From assembly GCA_951406725.2 (NCBI GenBank), contig OX597827.1, positions 57,970,001 through 58,034,000 on the forward strand: a DNA stretch of 64,000 bases, in the 5' to 3' direction. A model generated the notes under the pieces. The model was not told the origin of the DNA, made no database searches, and saw only the letters and a list, made by a program, of their open reading frames with translations. Within the stretch, counting starts at the first letter, position 1; each line of letters opens with the position of its first letter. Both the position numbers and the translations under genes were made by a program. Shown here one piece after another: positions 26,308 through 39,344 of this stretch. The stretch comes from Octopus vulgaris (lineage: Eukaryota).

Positions 26308-29200
26308 CTTTAGACCATCACTGGCAAGACACTAGTTATGTACTGAGTCATAGGTTTATTTAAATGAAAAGTGAAAAAGAAACTGACTGAACAATTGGGA
26401 TGGAGTGGCTTGTCGAAGACAATACTTTAAAAGTCCCTATATGGTAACCATAGTCATTAATTTCTTATAACCAGTGATTTGGCATTTTCTCAGTTTATAC
26501 AGTTTGATAGAAAAAAAATCCAACTGTCAATAGCACACCTTTTTGAAACAATATAATGACAAACTAAACATGACAACGTTTGATTTTTTTTTTTCCCCCA
26601 CTTCCACAAATATTTTTTTAATGTTACTACCAGAAAACACACACACACACACACACATACACTAAATGGAAAAGTTAAATTAGACTGAAGAATAAATATA
26701 ATTATTCTGTACCAACATTTGGTAAATGTCAAAGAACACTACATAAAGATGGGTTTAACCAAGAAATCCAAATATCATCTGACAGTTCAAGTATTCTTCA
26801 GTAAACATAAAAAAAAAAAAGTTTAAAACATAGGTTAGGAGACAAAGGTCAGGAAGTAATTCCAACAACAGTGGAAACAACTCTCAAAGACAGGAAACCA
26901 AGCAGCAATGAGTAGGGGGAAGCAGAAAGGAAAAAAAAAATCTCCAAGACAACTTGCTATTCAATGACAAGACAAGTCAGTGAATAGTGTCACAACACTT
27001 ACACAATACTGGTGTAGACTAACTCAGCTTGCCAAGTAAACCAGCTAGAGGCTAATTGCAATTAATCTTTAGCGTATTTAAAGACGGAAAAAGTAAAGAC
27101 AGCACACACACACATAACACACGTTCATGTTTGTCTGACAGTCAGTTGCATATTAAGCAAATGTAAACAATACAGAGCAACAATAAGGAAATACTAATTT
27201 AAAATAACCAGCATAGCAACGCCGACAAGAAATAAACAAGAAACTGATATCAACAAATATCTTCATAATAAGAAAATAAAACAAAACTCTCAAAATGAAT
27301 AAATAATTAAATAAGAGAACATACTCAATCAGTTTCTTTCTGACTTCAATACCACAAGTGGGAAAGGGAAGTTGAACAGACTGTTTAATAAATATTAAAA
27401 AAACATATACAGCTGTAAAATAATATATATAAGGAGGGAGAAGAGTACAACATTTCATAGAAGCAACCTTCTCCCTTTTTCCTGTAGCCTTTTTCTCCCT
27501 GAGAAGGTCAAGGCTGTTAGGCTGACCCACTTTCCAATCTATGCCAAACAACAGTTGCCTGCTGCTAAAGATGGGATTCACATTAGCTTGTTATTGATTT
27601 CTTCCTCAGCTAAGTGTCTGCTAGTTTCTGTTTTTCATTCCAGTTTACCTTTCATCTAAGCTTGCTTGCAGGTACTAATGCTTTTTTTTTCTCCCTCCTT
27701 TTTGCTCAAATTAATTTTGCTAGATCAGACTAAGCTTATTTTGTTAGAAACAATATCAAATCCATACTACAGAAAAAAGAAGACAATTCTTTGCGTGCAT
27801 ATCCGCATATGTGTGTGTGTATATATTATATTCATAACAAGCAGCTTCTTTGTCTCTATATACAAAGATTTTATTTTTAAATACGAATAACTTCGGGGGA
27901 AATACAATGAAACAGGTTCTGGTTAAGTATTTAATTTGAACTTTTCTTCAAAGTTATCAACAATTGAATTTTTGCTATGAAGATGATAATCTGCAATTAT
28001 CTTAACTATGTTTATTTATTCTACATGTAATTATTTTCAAATAAAGGTCTAACATTCACCATAATTAGCAAAAGAAATAACAGTCACCTTCATGTTAAAT
28101 AATATACAAATTATTCTATTCAGTTTTCTTTCTTCTTTCAATTCCTTGATGCAAAGTAACTATTTTTGGTAAATAATATTTTCAATAACCAAATTTTTTT
28201 TTGGTGCATTTTTCACACACTCAACACCAATTCCAAGATTTGTCCTTTTTTAAAAAAAATTCATCTTAATGTACTAGACATATTTCAAGTGAATAATGCT
28301 TTCTAGAATTTTAACGCATTCACATGAACTTTCAGATTTGTTGGCCAAACAAAGAAAAAATATTAGAAACTATTTGTTTTCTCTTATGAACTGAAGTCGA
28401 AGTAAAATGAAAAAAAATTAATAAAATGATTTTTGTTTGAAAGATTTAAAAGGAACTGAAGCAATAAGAACTATGGGAAATTTAATTGGAAAAAAAAAAA
28501 CAACCAAAAAAACATGAATTCTCTCAGACTTGCGACGGAGAGAAATAGTTATTAGTAGCTGTTTGGCACTGGTATTATGTAGCCTAGCCTTTCAGACACA
28601 TATTTCAACATGGTTAGAGCAAATGTAAAAATGAATATGCACAAGATGTTAAGAGAAAATGCGAAATATTTAGATTGTTTTTTTTTTTCCTTTCTTTTTT
28701 AATCAAAAATTCAGGAAATCTTGCATGTGAATTGAATATTAACAATGAGGTTAGCATTGATCTGCAGAATTAATTCAGTTGCTGCAACAGTTTTAGAACA
28801 ACCATAGTTGCAGGCACTACCCACTGAAGCCAGGCAGACATTAGAGCTAAGTGCAGGATACAACAAAGCAACAAGCTGACAATAGTAGTAGTAGCAGCAG
28901 AAGCAATATTTGGCAATGTGCCTAATTGTTTAACAGACTTTACTTAAAGACATCACTTTTTGACTAACAAGCTTACTGTGTACAAAGATGTGAGATAGTC
29001 TCTTGCACATTAAAAAAAGTGGCACTGACCAGAATTATTCACTAATAGACAATTATATGAACATTACAATAAACAGACACCTTCAACTGATTAGAACAAT
29101 GAAGTCCGTCTCAAATAGTGCTTCTAAGTAGAGGTCAAGGAGGCTAAAACTCAACAAATGTACACACACAAATGGTTGTTTAGAATTCTAGTACTACTAC

Positions 29201-29667
29201 AATAATAATAATAATAATCCCTTCTACTATAGGTACAAGGCCTGAAATTATGGGGGAGGAGACTAGTCGATTACATCACCCCCAGTGTTTCCCTGGTACT
29301 TAATTTATTAACCCCGACATGATGAAAGGCAAAGTCAACCTCGACAGAATTTGAACTCAGAATGTAGTGATAGGCAAAATACTGCTAAGCATTTTGTACA
29401 GCATGCAAACGATTCTGCCAGCTCACCACCTTTTTATGAATAATAATAATAACTCTTTTTACTAAAGGCACGAGGCCTGAAATTTTGGGGTAGGAGACTA
29501 GTCGATTACATCAATCCCCAGTATGCAACTGGTACTTAATTTATTGACCCTGAATGGATGAAGGCAAAATTGACCTTGGTGGAATTTTAACTCAGAACAT
29601 ACAGACGGATGAAATACTGCTAAGTGTTTTGTCCAGCATACTAATGATTCTTCCAGCTCTCTACCTT
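29201..29667 (-). mobile_element. SINE family 2, two head-to-tail copies
   Basis: Units ~29201-29432 and ~29439-29667, separated and flanked by (AAT)n. Confidence 0.8.
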
Positions 29668-30804
29668 ATAAATAATAATAATAATAATAATAGTAATAAA
29701 TGTAGTAGAAGTAATAATGATAATACTGTTAAGTGAAGCATGGGATTTACAAAAGTATATTCTAAAAACAATAAATGTATAGGCTTATATAAAAAAATTT
29801 CAATATTATAGCTACACAACTAAGCATTAGTTATATATTCACACACATCCTCAAACTGTCTGTATATAATTCATGCATATTCATAACACAAGTCATGTAA
29901 AAGGTACTCCATATTTTAAATACACACACACACACACACAGATATATGTATGTATGCATACACACATACAAATGTATACGTGTGTATATACATATCATTT
30001 AATGTCCATTTTCCATGCTGGCATTGGATGGATGGTTTGACAGGAGCTGGTAAGGCCAGGAACTGCACCAGGCTCCATTGTTTGGCACAGTGTCTTCAGC
30101 TGGATGCCCTTCCTAATGCCAACCACTTTGAAGAGTGTACTGGGTGCTTTTTATGTGTCACCAACACTGACAGGGTGACTAAACAATCAGTTGGAAGCAG
30201 AGGAGTAGTACTGAGGAGGTGGTGGCTTTGTACCAGTTGAAAGATTCAAGGCATAGAGGGACAAGGATAGGTGCCTTCTTGTAGAGTAGATACATAGATG
30301 CCCTAGTTAGAAGAGAAAGGAGAGCAAGTGAGAGAGTAAGATAAAGACAGTGGGTGAGTAACAGAACAATAAAGAGAGCAATAGTGAGAGAGATGGTGGC
30401 ATAGATATGTTGAGACATGCCCTCATCAGACATTGGGAGTGGTGAGAATAAGTGAGGTGACATAGAGGTTCAGACCAGGTGAGTAGGAATGATGGAGGTG
30501 ATGGAGTGAAATATAGCAGAGGCTCAGTAGGGCAGGGATTACAGTCAATTATGTGACACCATTAAGGGTGATAGCAGATGAGGTATTAATAATGGAGAAC
30601 AACACAAGAGAAAAGAAGGCACAAAAAGGTGATGCTTGGTGGAGACAGTAGGTGGGGGAAGATAATGGGAAATGGAAGTGGTTTGCAGAGGAGTTAACTG
30701 TATATAAACAGAACTGTGTCCCTGAAAAAGCCTCAGGCACTATTCTCTACTCCTTGGAATGAATTAAAAAAAAAAAAAAAAGCATTGAAGTGGGGATTGT
30801 TACT

Positions 30805-31182
30805 ACCATCATTTTAATGTCCACTTCTCTATGCTTGCATGGTTCAGGCAGAGTTTACCAAGATAGGTTTTCTGTGGCCAGATAGATTTTCTGGTACCAA
30901 CCCTCACTTGCTTTCATTGCATGACATTTTCTTGCAGTCTACAAGAAATAAATGACACTGCTTATGCAATGCCAAGATGAGATACAAACTCTCTCTCTCA
31001 CACACACACACAATTTATTTGACAGGCTTCTTTTAGTTCCATCTACCAAATCCATTCACAAGGCTTTTGGTTGACTTGGGGTTATTGTATAAGACTCTTG
31101 CCAAAGTTGCCATACAGTGCAGACTGAACCTGAAACCATGTAATTGGGGAAAAAATTTCTTACTACACAGCCACACATGAAT
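30805..31182 (-). mobile_element. SINE, family 1 head with alternative tail (GGACATTAAAATGATG end)
   Basis: CATCATTTTAATGTCCACTT tail, (CA)n, then head. Related pieces at 15808-16060, 29995-30180 and 31955-32258 (opposite strand). Confidence 0.7.
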
Positions 31183-31814
31183 GTGTTCCATAAGTGTGTG
31201 TGTGTGTGTGTGTGTGTATAAGCATGGCTGATGTGGCAGTGAAGCAAGAAGCATGTTCACCTATAGTACAGCTGTTACACAGAGCACAATATAGAGATGA
31301 TATATTCTCACCATAATTAGATTGAGGTAGATTTCTTCCAATAACAAAAGGAACGATGAGAGAGAGAGAGATGTGAAAGCATTACATCAGCTGAAATTTG
31401 GGAATCATTCAGCATTGAAACAAAATCTAGATTTTCCTGAGAAGAGGAATTTTATGAAAAACAACTTGGTTTAAGTGTTGATATTTTCATATAAAGACAG
31501 GGTGGTTGACTAAAATATTGTTCAGATTTGAAATAGTAAAATATTGATATTGGTGAGAATTCTTTATGAACGAACAGAGTTCTTTGTTCTCAACTGAAAT
31601 GACAATCAGTTGGATAATTATAAAGTATCCTTAAGGCAAGATTGTGACAAATATAACAAGTTGGAGAAGAAAATAAGATTTGGTGAATGGTACATAAAAT
31701 TTATCAAGCCTTAAGTTTTGAAAAATTATTAAAATAAATATATACATTATATCCCGTGAGCATGTTGAAGAAAATTTAGTGTCGATGTCAGGTCATGGTG
31801 GAAGTTGAATTCAA

Positions 31815-31942
31815 CCCTTTAGCAAACAGATTACTCAGTCAGATGTAATGCTTGCTTATTCACATTGTTTTGAATTAACCATCATTTTCTTTGAATGTCA
31901 TTGTAGGGTAGGTGTGAGAAGCCAGGTTTGACCAGTTCAAAT
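31815..31942 (-). mobile_element. piggyBac-like MITE family A, truncated
   Basis: CCCTTTAGCA start, internal deletion, lacks the other end. Confidence 0.65.
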
Positions 31943-34094
31943 ACCAATGCATATGGGTTTGATGTCATGTAGGCCAGTGTTTTCTTCTATAGCCCAGGCC
32001 AACCAAAGCTTTGGGAGTGGATTTGATAGACAGAAACTGAAAGAAGCCTACCATGTATATATGTGTCTGCCTTCTTGTTTTGACATTGTGTAAAGATAGT
32101 GTTATTGTCAAGTAAGCAGTTGTCATCCATTTCCAATCTTCCATGAAAACATGTCTGTACTTGGAAACAAGGAAGGGCAACTGACTAGAAAATCTGCCTC
32201 AATGAATTCTGTCTGACTCATGCAAGCATATTAACCGGATGTTAAAATGACGATGACACACACGCATTCAACTATGAATGCACTCACACACAGGCATGGC
32301 TGTGTGGATCTGAAATGCACTTCACAGTCATAAGTTTTCTACCATCGTGACATCTATGTAAAGGATGACATCAAATCTGTTCATATTCAAAACCTCCCAC
32401 CATTGCACTTCTATGCAGCTAGCCATCTATATCTCTCTTTCCCCACTCCAAGTCTCATTATTGACATCCATCACTCCCTCTCTCACTACTACACATTCCT
32501 TCTATCTTTCCCTCTCAACATTACCCATCTTTATCGCTATCTATCACTTATTGTTGACATATATCTCTCACTTCCGGTACCTGTCGTTCTCCATTACGCT
32601 CCCTTCCACCAACATACTGTTCACGTTAGTCTAATCTCCTTGCCAACAGTCACTCATTCTTTCTCCATCTTCTATCACTTCCCATTTGCTATCACTGTTT
32701 CTTCCATCATATTCTCTTTCTTCAATTCACCCCCTCAGCCAAGCTGCTTTGAATGAATTGACACAATGGAGAACAAAAAGAGAGGTTGTCTTAACAGGCT
32801 GCATGACAAAAACTTCTCTACATCTGGTGTCACAATAAAATGTACCCACTACACTCAGTAAAGTGGCTGCAGTTAGAAAGGGCAGCCAGCCATAGAAACC
32901 ATGTCAAATATGGAACATATGAGTGAAATGCAGTTCCTGACTCATCTAGCAGAGAAAATAACTAAGTAAGAATGTTCCAATATTTAATTAAAAAGTGTGA
33001 ATAGCATTTACAATCGAATGGAAAACAAATTGCAGGAGCAATTGACTTAGCAAAGATCTCGATAGAATTTTAAAAAATAACTTGTGAATTATATAAGGTG
33101 AAAATCCCTTGCTAACCTCAATCATTTAAAATGTTTTTCCCTTCTCATACAACATTTCAAACATGCAATTATATTCGTAACTACCAATCTCACTCTCTCG
33201 CTCACACACACACACTTAGATTCAATTATAATTAATAGGATTATAAAAATAATCCACAATCTGTTAGTTCATACTTCAAGATGAAAAAAAAAACCTTTTC
33301 ACATGTCATTATTTTCATCAAACTTGCACGTTGTTTACTTACTAAAGTGTTAGCTACCATAAAATAACTTTTGTACACAATCATATAACATAAGCCCAAG
33401 AAATTCTATTGAATTATTTTCAAATTATCAAAAATCCTATGTGATTTATAAATGAAGAAAGAAAAGGAATCACATTTCTGAAACAAATCTTAATAACTCA
33501 TTCTTTTACATGATTACATCTTGTAAGAGAGAATGGAATATGGAATTAGAATATGGTTTTGTTCACCATCTAACAGCAAGAAAATACTATAAAAAGCAAC
33601 ATAAAACAATGAATAAATTAGCATAGGATAAAACAACTTAAATTTCTTAGCTTCAGTATCCTTACTTGTTTACTATTGAAAACTGAACAATAGATGAAAT
33701 AATGTAATTGTAGATCAGGATGAGATAAAGCAATTATTTCAATAAGAAAACCCCGGTAATTAAAAAAATGCGTGATATATATATATACCATTACTGGTTT
33801 GCTTTTGCTTCAGTCACAGCTAACGTGTTTTCAAGACAAGCAGGACAATAAAATTTAACTATGAAAAAAGTAAATTTAGTAGTTTTCTTCTTTTTCATGC
33901 AAATCGTAATTTGACAATGCACAGTAGTAATCTGAGGCATATTTTGATACATTTATTTGATCATAACTTTAGCAGTCTGAATCGCTTAAGAAATGTGATA
34001 AAGAAACTTTTTGTTGGCAATTTCTAACACATTTCTATAGCTAGAATCATTGTGATTTTGATTACTGAAAAGCATTGAAAATGCTCTAAAGAGG

Positions 34095-34512
34095 TACTAA
34101 GCTAGTAATTTTGATGGAAGGGGGAGTAGTCCATTACATCTTCCCCAATACTTGGCTGGTACTGTATGTTCTAGCACACAACTCAAAATTTTTTCAGACC
34201 AAAATTTATAGCCATAAAAAGTTGACTAATATATATATACCAAAATAACTTTGGAGGACCAAAAATTTCATGTTGAAATGCAGCAGGATTTGGAAAAACT
34301 TAAATGATGTTTGACTGTTAATATTACATTTTTACATTATATATTACATCAACTTGTATACTGGAAAATTATTTTATTTTAACAACCCTGAAAGAATGAA
34401 TGGTAAAGTTAACCTCAGCAGGATTTGAACTGAGAACACAAAGAGCTAAAGAAAACAAAATACCACAAGGCATTTTTCAGACATACTAACAGTTTTGACA
34501 AGTTTCCACTTG
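34095..34512 (-). mobile_element. SINE family 2, interrupted by ~200 bp of unrelated sequence
   Basis: Tail portion 34095-34163, head portion 34370-34512. Confidence 0.55.
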
Positions 34513-34644
34513 AATTTCTTCAAATCATAATAAATGCTAAATGAGTTATATAATTAGAAACATTAGCATAAATGACTAACTATATTATTGCATAATTTAT
34601 TTCACACACAGAGTTTAAACTCTGCTAAGGGTTGACTTGGCCCT

Positions 34645-34880
34645 TCCTCTCTCTGAGAGAAGCCTACTGTATGTGTGTTTGTCTACCACCACTGCCTGAC
34701 AACTGGTGTTGATGTGTTTATGACTCCATAACTTAGCAGGTTGGCTAAAGAGACTGATAGAATAAGTACCAAGCTTAAAAATAATAATTAGTACAGTCAA
34801 TTTGTTTGACAAAACCTTTCAAGGCAGTGTCCTAGCATGGACAGCAGTCCAATCACTGAAACAAATAAAAGATACAAGAT
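34645..34880 (+). mobile_element. SINE family 1, 3' half
   Basis: Reverse complement of the 11347-11540 segment. Confidence 0.7.
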
Positions 34881-36187
34881 ATATATATTTCTGCAATGCA
34901 GCAAGATCTAGCTGAGAGGGATACTACACTTATACCATTCTCTTTTTCTTTTCTTTTACTTTATTCAAAACACTATTATCAATTTACTTTGTATCACACT
35001 TGCAACGAAACAAAATAATTAAAAAGTGTTCCTGCTGAAGGTTACAAACGTAGTATATATGATTACACTTGGGGAACAGTGTGGTGTACTGTTTATCCTA
35101 GTTAGTATGAACGGGTCTATTTCACGATGTCAAAAGACAAAAATCATTTCATCTGCTTTGAACAGTGAATGCTCGTGCTTGTGCTGAATACAGAAGTACG
35201 TTACAAGTAAGGCCTATTTCAAAATTATGCTCAGTGGGAAGCAACAATGATGAAAACATCTGTTACACAGTATCCTTGAAAGTTGTGTAACACCTTGGTA
35301 GTTCTAATGAAAATACATGAACTGTCATCTCCCAATTATCCGAGACTAAAACTTAGAAGATTACAAGTGTCAAGTGCAGCAACATAACCTAGAGATTGTC
35401 CTTAATAGCACTGAAAATCATGTTGAAGATAACACTAAAATGAGCGACAAAGTTTTAGGGTTTGTCAGGACATGAACTGCCTAGCTTAAGAGTAACTGGT
35501 GTCAAGGGAGCCCTCACCAACTGAGGTTTAATATCATCTCTGTCATGATATTAATTCTTTCACTCAATTTATGACTGAAGGTGACCCTAAGCTACTCAAT
35601 GATCAAAAAAGAAACCTGAACATAATCCATGACCATGTAGGGGGGGGGGGGCTAAATATTTTTTCTTGAGACATCTGGAGGGACAAAAAAAAAAAAAGCA
35701 AAACAAAAAATACTGATACAACTACTACTAGCTGAAGTAAGGCAACATGGGAAAATTGCTGTAGTGGTTGCATGTTCAGGTACTGCACCCCATCTAATGC
35801 CAAGAGACAAAGAGCTTACAGTGTATTTGAATTACCATTGATCTACACCAATAATGATACTGCAATCTGAGACAACTGCACAGAAACAGGAGCAGTAAAA
35901 GTATTAAAACAGTATTTGATGATAATTTGCAATTAATGCAGAATGTCCTATAATGGTGATTCTGAGTTTCTGGTTTGAACTTTTAGGGATATCAAGTGAA
36001 CAAGTTTTCCTTTCAGTATTGTAACAGTAATCTTAGCATGAGACTTTCATCAACCACTTTCAGTAATTCAAACGTATTACAAAGGTAATACCTGAATTAA
36101 ATCAGAAGCTGCTTGAAATCACATTTTCAGTGAGTGGCATGCTAAGAAACAAACTGGAAACTGAATAGATAAGTTATGAGAGTTTAA

Positions 36188-36406
36188 CCCTTTTGATACT
36201 AACCAAGCTGAAACCGCCTCTGGCTTTGTAGTACAAATGTCTTGTTTTCAAAAGTTCTGAATTAAAATCTTCCACCAAACTTTCGTCACAATTTATGTTC
36301 CTAATACTAGTTTAATGATAAAGTTATTTTACTAAATTCTTTGTTATATTTAAAATTAATTGAAAGAAACACAGAGCATCTCAAAAGAAATATGGTAAGA
36401 AAAGGG
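36188..36406 (+). mobile_element. piggyBac-like MITE family B
   Basis: TTAA-CCCTTTTGATAC...GTAAGAAAAGGG. Related to 46723 and 47346. Confidence 0.7.
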
Positions 36407-36442
36407 TAAACCTACTCAGTAGTTGTGTGGAGATGATTTGGT

Positions 36443-36850
36443 CTACAAATAGACAGCGTTTTTAAATCCCAAAGAAATTGAACAACCCCAGTGGTTTCTC
36501 AGCAGCCTGGAGCTACTTGGTGTACAACATCGCAAACATACTGAAAAAGGATCTCCAATTATTCTTTTCGGTTTGTGCAACAGCAGAAAACTGGTAGTTA
36601 ACCAACTAATGTCACATCTCATCAAAACTGATAAAGCACTGAGAATGTCTTTATCCCAAGAATTCCAATCATTCCTCGTAACATCCTTCCTTTTGAGTTT
36701 AAAAGGATGTGCTTCCCAGTTCAATATATATTTTGCCATATGCATCAATAAATCCCAGGGGCAAATATTAAAGCTAGTTGGATTACAGTTGGAGGATCCT
36801 AGCTTCTCCCTTGGTTAATTGTATAGCACTACATCATATATCAGAATAGA
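36443..36850 (+). mobile_element. Helitron remnant (PIF1-like helicase C-terminal region)
   Basis: Frameshifted translation gives FLSSLEL.GV...KKGSPIIL, LCNSRKLVV, FIPRIPIIP and FAICINKSQGQILKLVGLQLEDPSFSLG*LY, matching the PIF1 motifs TINKSQGQ and FSHGQLYVA. Confidence 0.85.
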
Positions 36851-37359
36851 AAAAAAGTGACTTAATTGTGTTTGAGTAAGAGCACTACAACTCAGTAAGA
36901 ACACAACAACTGAAAATGTGACCAACAAAACATAGACTATGATTATTTACCACTTTACCACAAAAAAAAAAAAGGTCATTTCATCTAACAAAGAAAAAAA
37001 AGAAAAACAAGTTACAGGACATAGTTATTTATAGTAGCTGTACCATTTATAAAGTGGTCACTAAGAAGAACGTTTTAAAAATAAATGCTAAGCTAAAGTG
37101 AAAACAAAGCTAACAATGTTATGAAAGTATCAGAGCAATAAGTGACCTACCATCATAAATATAAGAGGCTTTATAGACTTTCAACAAACACTAACAGAAT
37201 TGTATGAATCAGTTAAATTAGCTGCTACTATGATTACCTTAAATGTCCTCTTATGCTGAATCTAAATCATTAACAAAAATACCAAACTGTATTTCCTTGT
37301 GCTTGCAAAAACATAATTTTAAGAAATGTAAACATAGAATAAAAGAGGGCAGAAAAAAA

Positions 37360-37397
<38 letters not shown>

Positions 37398-38537
37398 TAT
37401 GTGTGCATGTTTTTTTTTTTTGTATCTTTTAAACACTGGGTTGAACTCCACTGAATGTAAGAATGGAAGTGAAGGAAAAAGATTGAAAAGGAGTGTCTGT
37501 CGAGAGCTGTTGGTAATTCAGGGAAGGTAATAAGTAGAGGAAAAGTATGAGAATTAACAAGACAGATTAATATAAAATTAGGAAGATGTAACACAGGAAA
37601 TCCACAGCTGCTGAATGCCAACATGAAAACCTGCAAGCCTAAAGAATTGGACTGAATCATAGCACTTAGTGCCATTCTAAAACACAATCTGCCCAGGAGG
37701 CCAGTTTGATGACTCAGAATTGATAAACTACCTTAAAAAGGGATTTGATAAAGTTGAGTCATTGAAAAAAAAAGTGTGCACAGGAAGGATCATGATTTTA
37801 GGAATGTTGAGATTTGAAAGTCTAAATGCTTAATAAGCATGTGGTTGGATATATTGAATCATGTAATACAAAACAAGATTAATTTCAATGTTTTCCACAG
37901 AAATATGAACAAGACCAAGAGCAGAGTTCTTTCATAGCACATCTGAAGATATTGCTAGCAACTGTCAGTAAAAAACAAAAACCAAAATATTAATTCTGCA
38001 GCAGAATTACTATACCAAGAGCTACATGTCAAGTGTAAACTGAAGAAATTGATTAGAACTGTTGGACAGAAAATCTCTTTACTTGAAAAAACCATCTGTC
38101 TTACTTGTGCTATCGTGGTAAGATCAATGAAAAAAAAAAGTTTTCATTAAAGATGGATGATAAATGGAGAAAAATGATAAATTTCTAAAACAATGAAAGT
38201 AATGCTCACTTTTAGGAGACAAGTTACAAGCTTGTGTACTAAATTCAAACAGTAGAACAAAGTTATTTTATGTTTCCAATATTAATTTATTAAAAAAGGT
38301 AGTGAGCTGGCAGAGTCGTTAGCATGTGGCCAAAATGCTCAGTTCTATTCTAAACTTAAATTTTGCATACATTTTAAGGAAAAAAAAAAGCTGAGTAAAG
38401 TAAAATGCTTAAAAGGTCTTACAAATTTTGGAAATTATTTAATTGCAAATATTCATTAGTAAAGAATGAACATAAATAGATTCCAAAGCAAAAAATACTT
38501 TTCATATAAAAATGTTCCAAAAGTTAGTGCTATAGAC

Positions 38538-38799
38538 TAGTGGTTCCCTAAATGGGCAGTATTACCCTTCTGTGTGTGTATGTGGGGGGTGTCTTGAAGA
38601 AAAGTGGGGGTGATAATGAAGTGGCTAAAAGGGGACGATGATTGTAAAAACAAAATAATGGGTTAATTAAGTTTTATTTGTGAAATACAACTGTTTTGAA
38701 TTTGTTGTAGAAAGTGGTCTGTATTTGTGGTTGGGGCTCCAGGAATGTGGTCTGGGTACCAAAGGGGGATGGCAGCCCAAAAAAGTTTGGGAACCACTG
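38538..38799. mobile_element. hAT/Charlie-type MITE (second family)
   Basis: TIRs TAGTGGTTCCCTAA / TTTGGGAACCACTG. 8-bp TSD CTATAGAC/CTATAGAT. Confidence 0.85.
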
Positions 38800-39284
38800 C
38801 TATAGATCATGAAAACTAAATACTTAGTAAAAAAACAGTAAATATATTGAAGTAATTCATGACTTTTTAAAAAAAAGTGAAAAAGAAAACATGGATAATA
38901 TAAAATGCCCTTCCTAATGTCAACCACTTTACAGAGTGTACTGAGTGCTTTTTAAGGTGCATCAGCATGAATGCTTTTTACATGGCACCAACATTATAAT
39001 TTTACTTAGATTTTCCTATTGATAATAAATCAACTGACACTCTTACTTTTAATGAATTCATATTCTGGCATTGAAGAGATTAAAAAATTCTTTGTTCAAA
39101 TGTAGGCTTAAGTATATTTAAAGGAAGATCTGGCTAGTGTTATTGAAGAAATGTTGCACAAGGGAATCCAAAGTTCCAGTCTTCCATGATATTATAGTAC
39201 TTTTAATTTAAACTACTAATAGATATTTTTGAAGCAACAAACAGAGCTAGCAGTAAAATTGTCATTTATTTCTATAATACAAGT

Positions 39285-39344
39285 TAGGGGTATGATTCTC
39301 GCTTTGAGTGTGAGAGGTCCCGGGTTCGAATCCATGACGAGCCC
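39285..39344 (+). pseudogene. 5'-truncated tRNA-Pro-derived pseudogene, anticodon reads TGA
   Basis: TAGGGGTATGATTCTCGCTTTGAGTGTGAGAGGTCCCGGGTTCGAATCCATGACGAGCCC closely matches metazoan tRNA-Pro from about position 13 onward. The 5' acceptor strand GGCTCGTTGGTC is absent. Confidence 0.85.

Noticed and set aside
27153-27581. Longest ORF (142 aa, minus strand)
   Set aside because: Non-ATG start, composition driven by T-rich sequence, no recognisable domain and no clear splice donor
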